From the NCBI GenBank assembly GCA_964016885.1, contig OZ024743.1, positions 116,250,001 to 116,314,000 of the forward strand: 64,000 bases of DNA, given 5' to 3'. Of this stretch, positions 24,264 through 35,052 are shown in pieces. The DNA is from Eledone cirrhosa. Taxonomy: Eukaryota. Positions within the stretch are counted from its first letter, which is position 1. Each line of letters opens with the position of its first letter. The translations under genes were made by a program, and so were the position numbers. The notes under the pieces were generated by a model. It did no database searches. It saw only the letters and a list, made by a program, of their open reading frames with translations, and was not told the origin of the DNA.

Positions 24264-27200
24264 ATGACCCTCCCAAAGTATAACAATATCGGTTTCAACA
24301 CACGATTTCAGATAAAGAATCTTGCTAAACAAATTCAGAAACGAAATATCGTAAGCCTTAGCCAGGCTAACAAGATACTGAAAACCACCATGTTCTGTTG
24401 TCTACGAAAAACCATAACATCTCGACAACTACACTTCATAAAACTGTGCACCACTTCTAGAATCTACACCAACACCATCAATACCGACGTTAGAAGATTA
24501 CAACTCACCAAAAAACAAGTAGATAGGCTAAAACGAACTTTAATTCTAAACATAAAAAAGAAGATCTATAGAGAATTAAGTCATCAAGAAAAACTAAAGC
24601 GTAACCTAATAGATGAAATATCTAAAATCACCACACCAGCAGAAAAACTAACATTTATAAGCCTTATACGCCCCGAAGAACAGTACATTACTCAAGAATG
24701 TAATAAGCACTTTAACAGAAAATTAAAGTGGCTTAAACAGGCAAAGCTAAATCGGGATACTATAGAGTATACCAATAGATATCCCGACAAAATTGACGGT
24801 ATCAACATGGCCGACACCTCATTATCTGAAGAGTTCAACAATGAAAATACCAACATTTATGGAAACACGAAAATAGACAATAATGAAATGTCTGTGTTAC
24901 GTTTGCCACCCAAATTTGCGACATTCAAGAAGGTAAATATGATTAGTTGTCTGTCAGAAATAGAAAAATCATTTACGAAACTACGCTGGAGCATCAAAAA
25001 CAAAAACAAAAGCAACAATATACGCACACACATATACAACACACATCCCAACAACAACAGACACACAGACACAAACAATAACAACAACAATAGCAACATA
25101 CCCAGATACAATACCAACAATAGCAACATACCCAGATACAACAGACACGCAGACACAAACAACAATAACAACACACACGGAGACAACAATAACAACAACA
25201 CACACATCAACAACAACAACAACAGCAACATACCCAGATACAACAACAACAGACACGCAAACACAAACAACAATAACAACACACACAACAACGATAACAC
25301 ACACACACACGGAGACAACAACACACATCAACAACAACACACATCAACAACAACAACACACACACATTCAATGCCTCTCACCACCACTACAATCTTAACA
25401 AACACACAGACACAGAAAACAAGTAATGACAGTAGCACAGAAATCAGAGAAATAAGAGAAAGTAATAGGATTAAAAGGAGTAGGGAGACTAAGGACAAAG
25501 AGAATAACCAAGACGAACACACAGACACACAAAATAGGGTAGATAACAACATTGAGCCAGTGGAAAGAGACAGGAGTAATTATGAGAGACATAGAAACAA
25601 CCATGAAGCTGAGGCTGCTGCTGTTGGTGGAAATAGAAACAACACAACTAACAATAGCGCAAGTACACATAAAGCAGCAGCCTGGAACTCTCCGTTTTAT
25701 AACCACTCCGATAAATCATTCGACCTACGACGAGTCCACGCCACGACTTTGCCATTTAACAAACGCACGCAGTTGCCGTCGCAGGTCGATGAACAAACAG
25801 AAGCACAATTTAGTATAGCTAAATCCGAACTTAGAAATATTATAGAACAGTATAGCAAGAAGCATAATAGAATAGAGGCCCAGCAACTGGGAGAAGAATC
25901 TGCAAATGGCTTGCGTAAGCTCATGCAGCGCTCGCGTAATGGAGAGATAGCATGCTTTCCAACAGACAAGTCTGGCAGAATGTCGGTTGACAGCCTGCCA
26001 AACTACATCCAGGCAATGCAACCCCACATCACTAACACAAGAGAGGTAACACCACAGGAGCATGAGGACAGAGAAAAAACCCTCAATGCCCATATGGTGA
26101 TGTGGACAAATATAATGCAGCCCAACAAAAGGACTGCCAACAACTTCCAGGCCTGGAACAATGACGTGCCGGCGTTGTATGGGCTTCGAAAAGACCATAA
26201 AACGGGCTGGGACCCTGTCGCGGGACCACCAACACGGCCAGTCTGTGGGGCTAACATTGCTAGTAACTACAGACTGTCCTACTTCCTCTCCCTGATCATA
26301 CGCCCCATCATTGAGATGTCCCCAGATGTGTGTGACAGCACGGAGGACCTCCTCAGCAGAATCGACGCGGGTAACCGATCTGGGGACCTAACAAACTGCA
26401 TAATAGGCAGTATGGATGTTGTGTCCCTGTATCCATCTATTGACGTGGATTTTGCTGTGGAGAAATGCGTCGAAATGATCAGCGAGAGCAAGGTTGAGTT
26501 CCGTGGGATTGATACCAGTGAGCTGGGACTTCTACTTAAGCTTACCCATAGTAATAGTTACCTAGACACTTATGACCTTAGCAACCTGTGCCCTACAAGA
26601 CCAGCAAGAGGCAGACCACCTACCATTACCTCAATGGCCAAGAAAACCCACACAGATAGATGGAACGGGTGGACCAGAGCCATACAGACACCCGAAAACC
26701 ACGATGAACTGAAGAAAATGATTGCACATGCGGTAGGGGCCAGCATAAAATTAAAAATAAAATTAAAATTAACCCTTAAGGAACATATGTTCAAATTTAA
26801 TGGTAAAACATATGCCCAAGAGGAAGGAGCAGCCATTGGTGTTAGCATTGCAGGCGACATAGCTAACTTGTTCATGGTATGGTGGGACAGTAGACTTAAA
26901 CAAAAACTTAAAGAACAATTAGAAGACAGATTAACCCTGATAATGTACTCCCGCTACGTAGATGATATAAACATCGTAGTTAAGACACCCCCACTAAAGA
27001 ACAGTCAGGAACCTGAGAAAAACACAATGGAAAGCATCCAGCAAATAGCAAACTCCATCCACCAGAGCATTAGAGTTACTATAGACTACCCAAGTAGACA
27101 CCCCAACCATCGATTACCTGTACTAGACACAGAGCTCTGGTTAGATACTATTAACAACCAAAAACAAATCCTCCATTCCCATTATGCCAAACCCATGACT

Positions 27201-28085
27201 TCCAAACATCTGATCCACCGAAACTCGGCCATTTCGGACCATACCAAAATCAACATACTGATTGCGGATTTGATACGGGTGATGAGAAATGTGTCCCGCA
27301 TGTGCAACCCCGAAGAACTAGAGAGACACATACAACACTTCATCCACCGTATGCAGTTCTCTGGCTACAATCAGAGAGATAGAATCAGAGTGTATAAAGG
27401 AGCCAGAACCAAATGGGAAAAAATGGTAAATAATGACATAAATGGGACCTGCCCCTTGTATAGGAGCAAATTTTGGAATAGAATAGAAAGAACTAAGAAC
27501 AAGGCCAATAGAATAAACTCATGGTATGATAGCAATAAATACCAGAGTGTAATGTTCATCAATACAACCCCTAGAGGTGAACTAGCCTACAAATTTAGAA
27601 GGGCCCTAAAGAAACATAATCTCAATATTAAGATAGTAGAAAGACCTGGTACCTCCGTAAAAACACTTATTAGCAAGACATACCCGTTCCAAAGACCCTC
27701 ATGTATAGATAAGAAATGTATAACCTGTAAAATAAGCCCCCATATTAACTGTAAAACTAGAAATGTAGTATATAGCATAAGATGTACTGAGGGACAATGT
27801 AGAAACAAAAATATAGTGTACATAGGTGAGACAGCTCGTAGTATAGGGGAACGAATAAATGAACACTGGCGAGACCTCCAAGATAGTAAAGAATCATCTG
27901 TGCTCTACCAACATGCTAAGATAGAACACAGGGGTAAATTAGAGAGCATAGAAATAAAAATAGAATCCACACACAAGAAAGACGCAATGTTTAGGCAAAT
28001 TACAGAGGCAGTAAGCATAAAAGAATTAAAACCAAAATTAAATAGAAAATATGAGTGGAACAGCAACATCACAACTTACAATTAA
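24264..28085 (+). CDS. PLE polyprotein (RT + GIY-YIG), 1273 aa, with a 6-aa in-frame insertion
   Basis: Same motifs, plus an A>V change at 24520 and an 18-bp insertion at 26755-26772. Confidence 0.95.
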   Translation: MTLPKYNNIGFNTRFQIKNLAKQIQKRNIVSLSQANKILKTTMFCCLRKTITSRQLHFIKLCTTSRIYTNTINTDVRRLQLTKKQVDRLKRTLILNIKKKIYRELSHQEKLKRNLIDEISKITTPAEKLTFISLIRPEEQYITQECNKHFNRKLKWLKQAKLNRDTIEYTNRYPDKIDGINMADTSLSEEFNNENTNIYGNTKIDNNEMSVLRLPPKFATFKKVNMISCLSEIEKSFTKLRWSIKNKNKSNNIRTHIYNTHPNNNRHTDTNNNNNNSNIPRYNTNNSNIPRYNRHADTNNNNNTHGDNNNNNTHINNNNNSNIPRYNNNRHANTNNNNNTHNNDNTHTHGDNNTHQQQHTSTTTTHTHSMPLTTTTILTNTQTQKTSNDSSTEIREIRESNRIKRSRETKDKENNQDEHTDTQNRVDNNIEPVERDRSNYERHRNNHEAEAAAVGGNRNNTTNNSASTHKAAAWNSPFYNHSDKSFDLRRVHATTLPFNKRTQLPSQVDEQTEAQFSIAKSELRNIIEQYSKKHNRIEAQQLGEESANGLRKLMQRSRNGEIACFPTDKSGRMSVDSLPNYIQAMQPHITNTREVTPQEHEDREKTLNAHMVMWTNIMQPNKRTANNFQAWNNDVPALYGLRKDHKTGWDPVAGPPTRPVCGANIASNYRLSYFLSLIIRPIIEMSPDVCDSTEDLLSRIDAGNRSGDLTNCIIGSMDVVSLYPSIDVDFAVEKCVEMISESKVEFRGIDTSELGLLLKLTHSNSYLDTYDLSNLCPTRPARGRPPTITSMAKKTHTDRWNGWTRAIQTPENHDELKKMIAHAVGASIKLKIKLKLTLKEHMFKFNGKTYAQEEGAAIGVSIAGDIANLFMVWWDSRLKQKLKEQLEDRLTLIMYSRYVDDINIVVKTPPLKNSQEPEKNTMESIQQIANSIHQSIRVTIDYPSRHPNHRLPVLDTELWLDTINNQKQILHSHYAKPMTSKHLIHRNSAISDHTKINILIADLIRVMRNVSRMCNPEELERHIQHFIHRMQFSGYNQRDRIRVYKGARTKWEKMVNNDINGTCPLYRSKFWNRIERTKNKANRINSWYDSNKYQSVMFINTTPRGELAYKFRRALKKHNLNIKIVERPGTSVKTLISKTYPFQRPSCIDKKCITCKISPHINCKTRNVVYSIRCTEGQCRNKNIVYIGETARSIGERINEHWRDLQDSKESSVLYQHAKIEHRGKLESIEIKIESTHKKDAMFRQITEAVSIKELKPKLNRKYEWNSNITTYN

Positions 28086-28389
28086 GGACAAAATGAAAAC
28101 ACACACACACATATATAAACAACTTACAATTGAAAACACACACAAAATGAAAACACACACAAGACAAAATGAAAACACACACACACATAGAACAAACAAC
28201 CAACCAACAATAAATAAATAAATAAACAAACAAATATAAATATAAAAATAGAAAAATAGAAAAATGAACACAAACACACACAGACACCCGGATGTGGCGC
28301 ATGCGCAAACTGAGCACGCAACCCACACACAAACAAAATGGCGTAGGATAGAAGAAAGGAAAGGCACAGAAACGAAGGAAGAAATCCCC

Positions 28390-28434
28390 AGTCACTGAAG
28401 AGGTCACAGAGTGTGTGACGAAAGAACTATGACT
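28390..28434 (+). ncRNA. Minimal type I hammerhead ribozyme (PLE unit 4)
   Basis: Same motif. Confidence 0.85.
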
Positions 28435-28567
28435 ATATATATATAAACAACTATCTGGTTGTGGAACCAACCAACCAACCAGAAATTTATAAATTTGTAA
28501 ATTTATAAATATATATTAAATTAAATTGAAGTGAAAGCAACTGGTGCGTGTGTTTCTTATTGGCAAC

Positions 28568-31500
28568 ATGACCCTCCCAAAGTATAACAATATCGGTTTC
28601 AACACACGATTTCAGATAAAGAATCTTGCTAAACAAATTCAGAAACGAAATATCGTAAGCCTTAGCCAGGCTAACAAGATACTGAAAACCACCATGTTCT
28701 GTTGTCTACGAAAAACCATAACATCTCGACAACTACACTTCATAAAACTGTGCACCACTTCTAGAATCTACACCAACACCATCAATACCGACGTTAGAAG
28801 ATTACAACTCACCAAAAAACAAGTAGATAGGCTAAAACGAACTTTAATTCTAAACATAAAAAAGAAGATCTATAGAGAATTAAGTCATCAAGAAAAACTA
28901 AAGCGTAACCTAATAGATGAAATATCTAAAATCACCACACCAGCAGAAAAACTAACATTTATAAGCCTTATACGCCCCGAAGAACAGTACATTACTCAAG
29001 AATGTAATAAGCACTTTAACAGAAAATTAAAGTGGCTTAAACAGGCAAAGCTAAATCGGGATACTATAGAGTATACCAATAGATATCCCGACAAAATTGA
29101 CGGTATCAACATGGCCGACACCTCATTATCTGAAGAGTTCAACAATGAAAATACCAACATTTATGGAAACACGAAAATAGACAATAATGAAATGTCTGTG
29201 TTACGTTTGCCACCCAAATTTGCGACATTCAAGAAGGTAAATATGATTAGTTGTCTGTCAGAAATAGAAAAATCATTTACGAAACTACGCTGGAGCATCA
29301 AAAACAAAAACAAAAGCAACAATATACGCACACACATATACAACACACATCCCAACAACAACAGACACACAGACACAAACAATAACAACAACAATAGCAA
29401 CATACCCAGATACAATACCAACAATAGCAACATACCCAGATACAACAGACACGCAGACACAAACAACAATAACAACACACACGGAGACAACAATAACAAC
29501 AACACACACATCAACAACAACAACAACAGCAACATACCCAGATACAACAACAACAGACACGCAAACACAAACAACAATAACAACACACACAACAACGATA
29601 ACACACACACACACGGAGACAACAACACACATCAACAACAACACACATCAACAACAACAACACACACACATTCAATGCCTCTCACCACCACTACAATCTT
29701 AACAAACACACAGACACAGAAAACAAGTAATGACAGTAGCACAGAAATCAGAGAAATAAGAGAAAGTAATAGGATTAAAAGGAGTAGGGAGACTAAGGAC
29801 AAAGAGAATAACCAAGACGAACACACAGACACACAAAATAGGGTAGATAACAACATTGAGCCAGTGGAAAGAGACAGGAGTAATTATGAGAGACATAGAA
29901 ACAACCATGAAGCTGAGGCTGCTGCTGTTGGTGGAAATAGAAACAACACAACTAACAATAGCGCAAGTACACATAAAGCAGCAGCCTGGAACTCTCCGTT
30001 TTATAACCACTCCGATAAATCATTCGACCTACGACGAGTCCACGCCACGACTTTGCCATTTAACAAACGCACGCAGTTGCCGTCGCAGGTCGATGAACAA
30101 ACAGAAGCACAATTTAGTATAGCTAAATCCGAACTTAGAAATATTATAGAACAGTATAGCAAGAAGCATAATAGAATAGAGGCCCAGCAACTGGGAGAAG
30201 AATCTGCAAATGGCTTGCGTAAGCTCATGCAGCGCTCGCGTAATGGAGAGATAGCATGCTTTCCAACAGACAAGTCTGGCAGAATGTCGGTTGACAGCCT
30301 GCCAAACTACATCCAGGCAATGCAACCCCACATCACTAACACAAGAGAGGTAACACCACAGGAGCATGAGGACAGAGAAAAAACCCTCAATGCCCATATG
30401 GTGATGTGGACAAATATAATGCAGCCCAACAAAAGGACTGCCAACAACTTCCAGGCCTGGAACAATGACGTGCCGGCGTTGTATGGGCTTCGAAAAGACC
30501 ATAAAACGGGCTGGGACCCTGTCGCGGGACCACCAACACGGCCAGTCTGTGGGGCTAACATTGCTAGTAACTACAGACTGTCCTACTTCCTCTCCCTGAT
30601 CATACGCCCCATCATTGAGATGTCCCCAGATGTGTGTGACAGCACGGAGGACCTCCTCAGCAGAATCGACGCGGGTAACCGATCTGGGGACCTAACAAAC
30701 TGCATAATAGGCAGTATGGATGTTGTGTCCCTGTATCCATCTATTGACGTGGATTTTGCTGTGGAGAAATGCGTCGAAATGATCAGCGAGAGCAAGGTTG
30801 AGTTCCGTGGGATTGATACCAGTGAGCTGGGACTTCTACTTAAGCTTACCCATAGTAATAGTTACCTAGACACTTATGACCTTAGCAACCTGTGCCCTAC
30901 AAGACCAGCAAGAGGCAGACCACCTACCATTACCTCAATGGCCAAGAAAACCCACACAGATAGATGGAACGGGTGGACCAGAGCCATACAGACACCCGAA
31001 AACCACGATGAACTGAAGAAAATGATTGCACATGCGGTAGGGGCCAGCATAAAATTAAAAATAAAATTAAAATTAACCCTTAAGGAACATATGTTCAAAT
31101 TTAATGGTAAAACATATGCCCAAGAGGAAGGAGCAGCCATTGGTGTTAGCATTGCAGGCGACATAGCTAACTTGTTCATGGTATGGTGGGACAGTAGACT
31201 TAAACAAAAACTTAAAGAACAATTAGAAGACAGATTAACCCTGATAATGTACTCCCGCTACGTAGATGATATAAACATCGTAGTTAAGACACCCCCACTA
31301 AAGAACAGTCAGGAACCTGAGAAAAACACAATGGAAAGCATCCAGCAAATAGCAAACTCCATCCACCAGAGCATTAGAGTTACTATAGACTACCCAAGTA
31401 GACACCCCAACCATCGATTACCTGTACTAGACACAGAGCTCTGGTTAGATACTATTAACAACCAAAAACAAATCCTCCATTCCCATTATGCCAAACCCAT

Positions 31501-32389
31501 GACTTCCAAACATCTGATCCACCGAAACTCGGCCATTTCGGACCATACCAAAATCAACATACTGATTGCGGATTTGATACGGGTGATGAGAAATGTGTCC
31601 CGCATGTGCAACCCCGAAGAACTAGAGAGACACATACAACACTTCATCCACCGTATGCAGTTCTCTGGCTACAATCAGAGAGATAGAATCAGAGTGTATA
31701 AAGGAGCCAGAACCAAATGGGAAAAAATGGTAAATAATGACATAAATGGGACCTGCCCCTTGTATAGGAGCAAATTTTGGAATAGAATAGAAAGAACTAA
31801 GAACAAGGCCAATAGAATAAACTCATGGTATGATAGCAATAAATACCAGAGTGTAATGTTCATCAATACAACCCCTAGAGGTGAACTAGCCTACAAATTT
31901 AGAAGGGCCCTAAAGAAACATAATCTCAATATTAAGATAGTAGAAAGACCTGGTACCTCCGTAAAAACACTTATTAGCAAGACATACCCGTTCCAAAGAC
32001 CCTCATGTATAGATAAGAAATGTATAACCTGTAAAATAAGCCCCCATATTAACTGTAAAACTAGAAATGTAGTATATAGCATAAGATGTACTGAGGGACA
32101 ATGTAGAAACAAAAATATAGTGTACATAGGTGAGACAGCTCGTAGTATAGGGGAACGAATAAATGAACACTGGCGAGACCTCCAAGATAGTAAAGAATCA
32201 TCTGTGCTCTACCAACATGCTAAGATAGAACACAGGGGTAAATTAGAGAGCATAGAAATAAAAATAGAATCCACACACAAGAAAGACGCAATGTTTAGGC
32301 AAATTACAGAGGCAGTAAGCATAAAAGAATTAAAACCAAAATTAAATAGAAAATATGAGTGGAACAGCAACATCACAACTTACAATTAA
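28568..32389 (+). CDS. PLE polyprotein (RT + GIY-YIG), 1273 aa, same protein as unit 4
   Basis: Translation identical to 24264-28085. Confidence 0.95.
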   Translation: MTLPKYNNIGFNTRFQIKNLAKQIQKRNIVSLSQANKILKTTMFCCLRKTITSRQLHFIKLCTTSRIYTNTINTDVRRLQLTKKQVDRLKRTLILNIKKKIYRELSHQEKLKRNLIDEISKITTPAEKLTFISLIRPEEQYITQECNKHFNRKLKWLKQAKLNRDTIEYTNRYPDKIDGINMADTSLSEEFNNENTNIYGNTKIDNNEMSVLRLPPKFATFKKVNMISCLSEIEKSFTKLRWSIKNKNKSNNIRTHIYNTHPNNNRHTDTNNNNNNSNIPRYNTNNSNIPRYNRHADTNNNNNTHGDNNNNNTHINNNNNSNIPRYNNNRHANTNNNNNTHNNDNTHTHGDNNTHQQQHTSTTTTHTHSMPLTTTTILTNTQTQKTSNDSSTEIREIRESNRIKRSRETKDKENNQDEHTDTQNRVDNNIEPVERDRSNYERHRNNHEAEAAAVGGNRNNTTNNSASTHKAAAWNSPFYNHSDKSFDLRRVHATTLPFNKRTQLPSQVDEQTEAQFSIAKSELRNIIEQYSKKHNRIEAQQLGEESANGLRKLMQRSRNGEIACFPTDKSGRMSVDSLPNYIQAMQPHITNTREVTPQEHEDREKTLNAHMVMWTNIMQPNKRTANNFQAWNNDVPALYGLRKDHKTGWDPVAGPPTRPVCGANIASNYRLSYFLSLIIRPIIEMSPDVCDSTEDLLSRIDAGNRSGDLTNCIIGSMDVVSLYPSIDVDFAVEKCVEMISESKVEFRGIDTSELGLLLKLTHSNSYLDTYDLSNLCPTRPARGRPPTITSMAKKTHTDRWNGWTRAIQTPENHDELKKMIAHAVGASIKLKIKLKLTLKEHMFKFNGKTYAQEEGAAIGVSIAGDIANLFMVWWDSRLKQKLKEQLEDRLTLIMYSRYVDDINIVVKTPPLKNSQEPEKNTMESIQQIANSIHQSIRVTIDYPSRHPNHRLPVLDTELWLDTINNQKQILHSHYAKPMTSKHLIHRNSAISDHTKINILIADLIRVMRNVSRMCNPEELERHIQHFIHRMQFSGYNQRDRIRVYKGARTKWEKMVNNDINGTCPLYRSKFWNRIERTKNKANRINSWYDSNKYQSVMFINTTPRGELAYKFRRALKKHNLNIKIVERPGTSVKTLISKTYPFQRPSCIDKKCITCKISPHINCKTRNVVYSIRCTEGQCRNKNIVYIGETARSIGERINEHWRDLQDSKESSVLYQHAKIEHRGKLESIEIKIESTHKKDAMFRQITEAVSIKELKPKLNRKYEWNSNITTYN

Positions 32390-32693
32390 GGACAAAATGA
32401 AAACACACACACACATATATAAACAACTTACAATTGAAAACACACACAAAATGAAAACACACACAAGACAAAATGAAAACACACACACACATAGAACAAA
32501 CAACCAACCAACAATAAATAAATAAATAAACAAACAAATATAAATATAAAAATAGAAAAATAGAAAAATGAACACAAACACACACAGACACCCGGATGTG
32601 GCGCATGCGCAAACTGAGCACGCAACCCACACACAAACAAAATGGCGTAGGATAGAAGAAAGGAAAGGCACAGAAACGAAGGAAGAAATCCCC

Positions 32694-32738
32694 AGTCACT
32701 GAAGAGGTCACAGAGTGTGTGACGAAAGAACTATGACT
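32694..32738 (+). ncRNA. Minimal type I hammerhead ribozyme (PLE unit 5)
   Basis: Same motif. Confidence 0.85.
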
Positions 32739-32951
32739 ATATATATATAAACAACTATCTGGTTGTGGAACCAACCAACCAACCAGAAATTTATAAATTT
32801 GTAAATTTATAAATATATATTAAATTAAATTGAAGTGAAAGCAACTGGTGCGTGTGTTTCTTATTGGCAACATGACCCTCCCAAAGTATAACAATATCGG
32901 TTTCAACACACGATTTCAGATAAAGAATCTTGCTAAACAAATTCAGAAACG

Positions 32952-32982
<31 letters not shown>

Positions 32983-33132
32983 ACGGCGGCGTTGAATTTG
33001 TTTTGCACTCACTGTTTGACTGCTTTTCGGTTCTGTATCTTTTATATCTCCATAGTTAATTCATTCGGCCATCAATGTTTATCATTGATTGACCAACGGT
33101 CAAAATACAGATATAAATACATATATATAGTC

Positions 33133-33176
33133 TAACAAAGTTCTTTCGTTGCACATCTGCAACATCATCAGTAGTA
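33133..33176 (-). ncRNA. Hammerhead ribozyme motif (subfamily 2, inverted arm)
   Basis: CUGAUGA-U-GUUGCA-GAUG-UGCAAC-GAAA-GAAC-UU. Confidence 0.7.
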
Positions 33177-34304
33177 CTTTTATGTTTCCTCCTGTTGTAT
33201 TGTATGTCTACGCCATTTTTGTTTTATCTGTTTATTTATTTTTTTTTTATTTTGATCTCTGCGCATGTGTTTCCGTGTATCTATAGTGTTTGGTATGTGT
33301 GTCCGTGTTTGGGAGACTGTGTATTCTATCTCAATTTATTAGTGTGTGCTTATATGTGTTTGTTGTTATTACGCTTGTGTATATATTTATTTATTAATTT
33401 ATTTATATTTCTCTGTACGATCAAACATAAATTGAAAGACACATCAAACACTACATCAACCGCATGCAGTTCTCTGGCTACAACCAAAGTGTCAGAATCA
33501 GAGTAAAGAAAGGAGCCAATTAGCTAACCAATGTAGAAAGGCCCTGAGAAAGACCCACTTAAATATTAAAGTGGTAGAAATGCCAGGAACTACCATGAAA
33601 TCCCTGATCAGCAAAATATACCCTTTTAAGAAAACCCACTGTAACAATAAGAAATGTGTTATATGTAAAGTAAACCACCAGATAAACTGTAAAACTAGAA
33701 ATGTAGTCAATAGCATAAGATGTACAGAGGGTACTTGCAGAAATATGACAACAACATACATAGGTGAGACAGCTCGAAGCATAGGAGAAAGAATAGACCA
33801 AAACTGGGGGGAATTAAAAGAACAAAAAAAAATGGTTCAATACTATACGAACACGCCAGACAACAACATGAGGGTAACATAGACAACATAGAAATTAAAA
33901 TAATACTAAACATAGAAATGATCCAACAGATAGACTAATCAGATAAGCAAGCGAAATAGAGCTTAGAAAGCCAAAACTAAACAGAAAAAATGAATGGAAT
34001 AACAACAACACCCAAACAAACAATGCTGACTTAAGAGAAATATAAATAAATAAATAAATAAATAAATAAATATATATATACACAAGCACAATAACAACAA
34101 ACACAGATAAACACACACTAATAAACTAAGATAGAATACAATAACCAAAACACAGTCACCCAAACGCGAACACACACCAAACATTATACACACACACGCA
34201 AACGCATGCGCAGAGACGAAGACAAAAAAAAAAAGAAAATAAATAAATAAACAGATGAAATAAAAATGGCGTAGACATACAATGCAACAGGAGGAAAATA
34301 ATAG

Positions 34305-34349
34305 TACCACTGATGATGTTGCAGATGTGCAACGAAAGAACTTTGTTAG
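34305..34349 (+). ncRNA. Hammerhead ribozyme motif (subfamily 2)
   Basis: UACCA-CUGAUGA-U-GUUGCA-GAUG-UGCAAC-GAAA-GAAC-UU|UGUUA. Confidence 0.72.
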
Positions 34350-34960
34350 ACCATATATACGTATTTATATCTGTATGTTTGACCGTTGGTCAATCAATGA
34401 TAAACATTGATGGCCGAATGAATTAACTATGGAGATATAAAAGATACAGAAGCAAAAACCAACCAAACAGTGAGTGTGTTCCGTTATAATTTCTGGCAAT
34501 ATTATTACAACAATATGACCCTCCCCAAGTATAACAATATATATATACACACATACACACACACACATTGCGCATTGCGCTTATGTTAAACTTGCCTTTC
34601 ATACTTCAAGGTTTGACGAAATTATGTATCAAGGCTGATATAATCTGATTTGCTGGCATTCTTCCTCAATTAGAAATCAATATGATTTGTATCACACTCA
34701 GCTCCAGGCATTGGCTTTGATAATAAAGATTCAAATCACATTGTCCAGTTTTAATGTAGTCAATAAGGTGCCAATGATGAGAGCATGGTTGTTGTTAGGA
34801 GAGTATTACATGTTTATTTGTCAGTAGCCAGTGTTAGGTATGAGCATTGAATAAACGATACAGAACTGTGAAAGAAGTCTGCTAGATTTATGATCCCAAA
34901 TACCTTTGCCGGAATAAACATATCCTTAAATATATTTTCCGTGCTATTTCCAATTTCATA

Positions 34961-35052
<92 letters not shown>

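Larger units (their letters stand above)
12094..32957. mobile_element. Young Penelope-like retroelement complex insertion: two minus-strand and three plus-strand tandem units, head-to-head, in (TA)n
   Basis: Unit periods are 4286, 4285 and 4304 bp with nearly identical sequence. Inversion junction at 20701/20702. TA tracts at both ends. Confidence 0.97.
32983..34540 (+). mobile_element. Older related PLE (subfamily 2), truncated, with inverted 5' arm
   Basis: Relic ORF 33410-34030 (RMQFSGYNQ, CKTRNVVNSIRCTEGTC..YIGETARSIG). 33005-33410 is inverted to 34035-34475. Ends in ATGACCCTCCCCAAGTATAACAATAT then TA. Confidence 0.9.

Noticed and set aside
24264-28085. Selenoprotein or Naiad-type PLE
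   Set aside because: No in-frame UGA codons, and the endonuclease is C-terminal.
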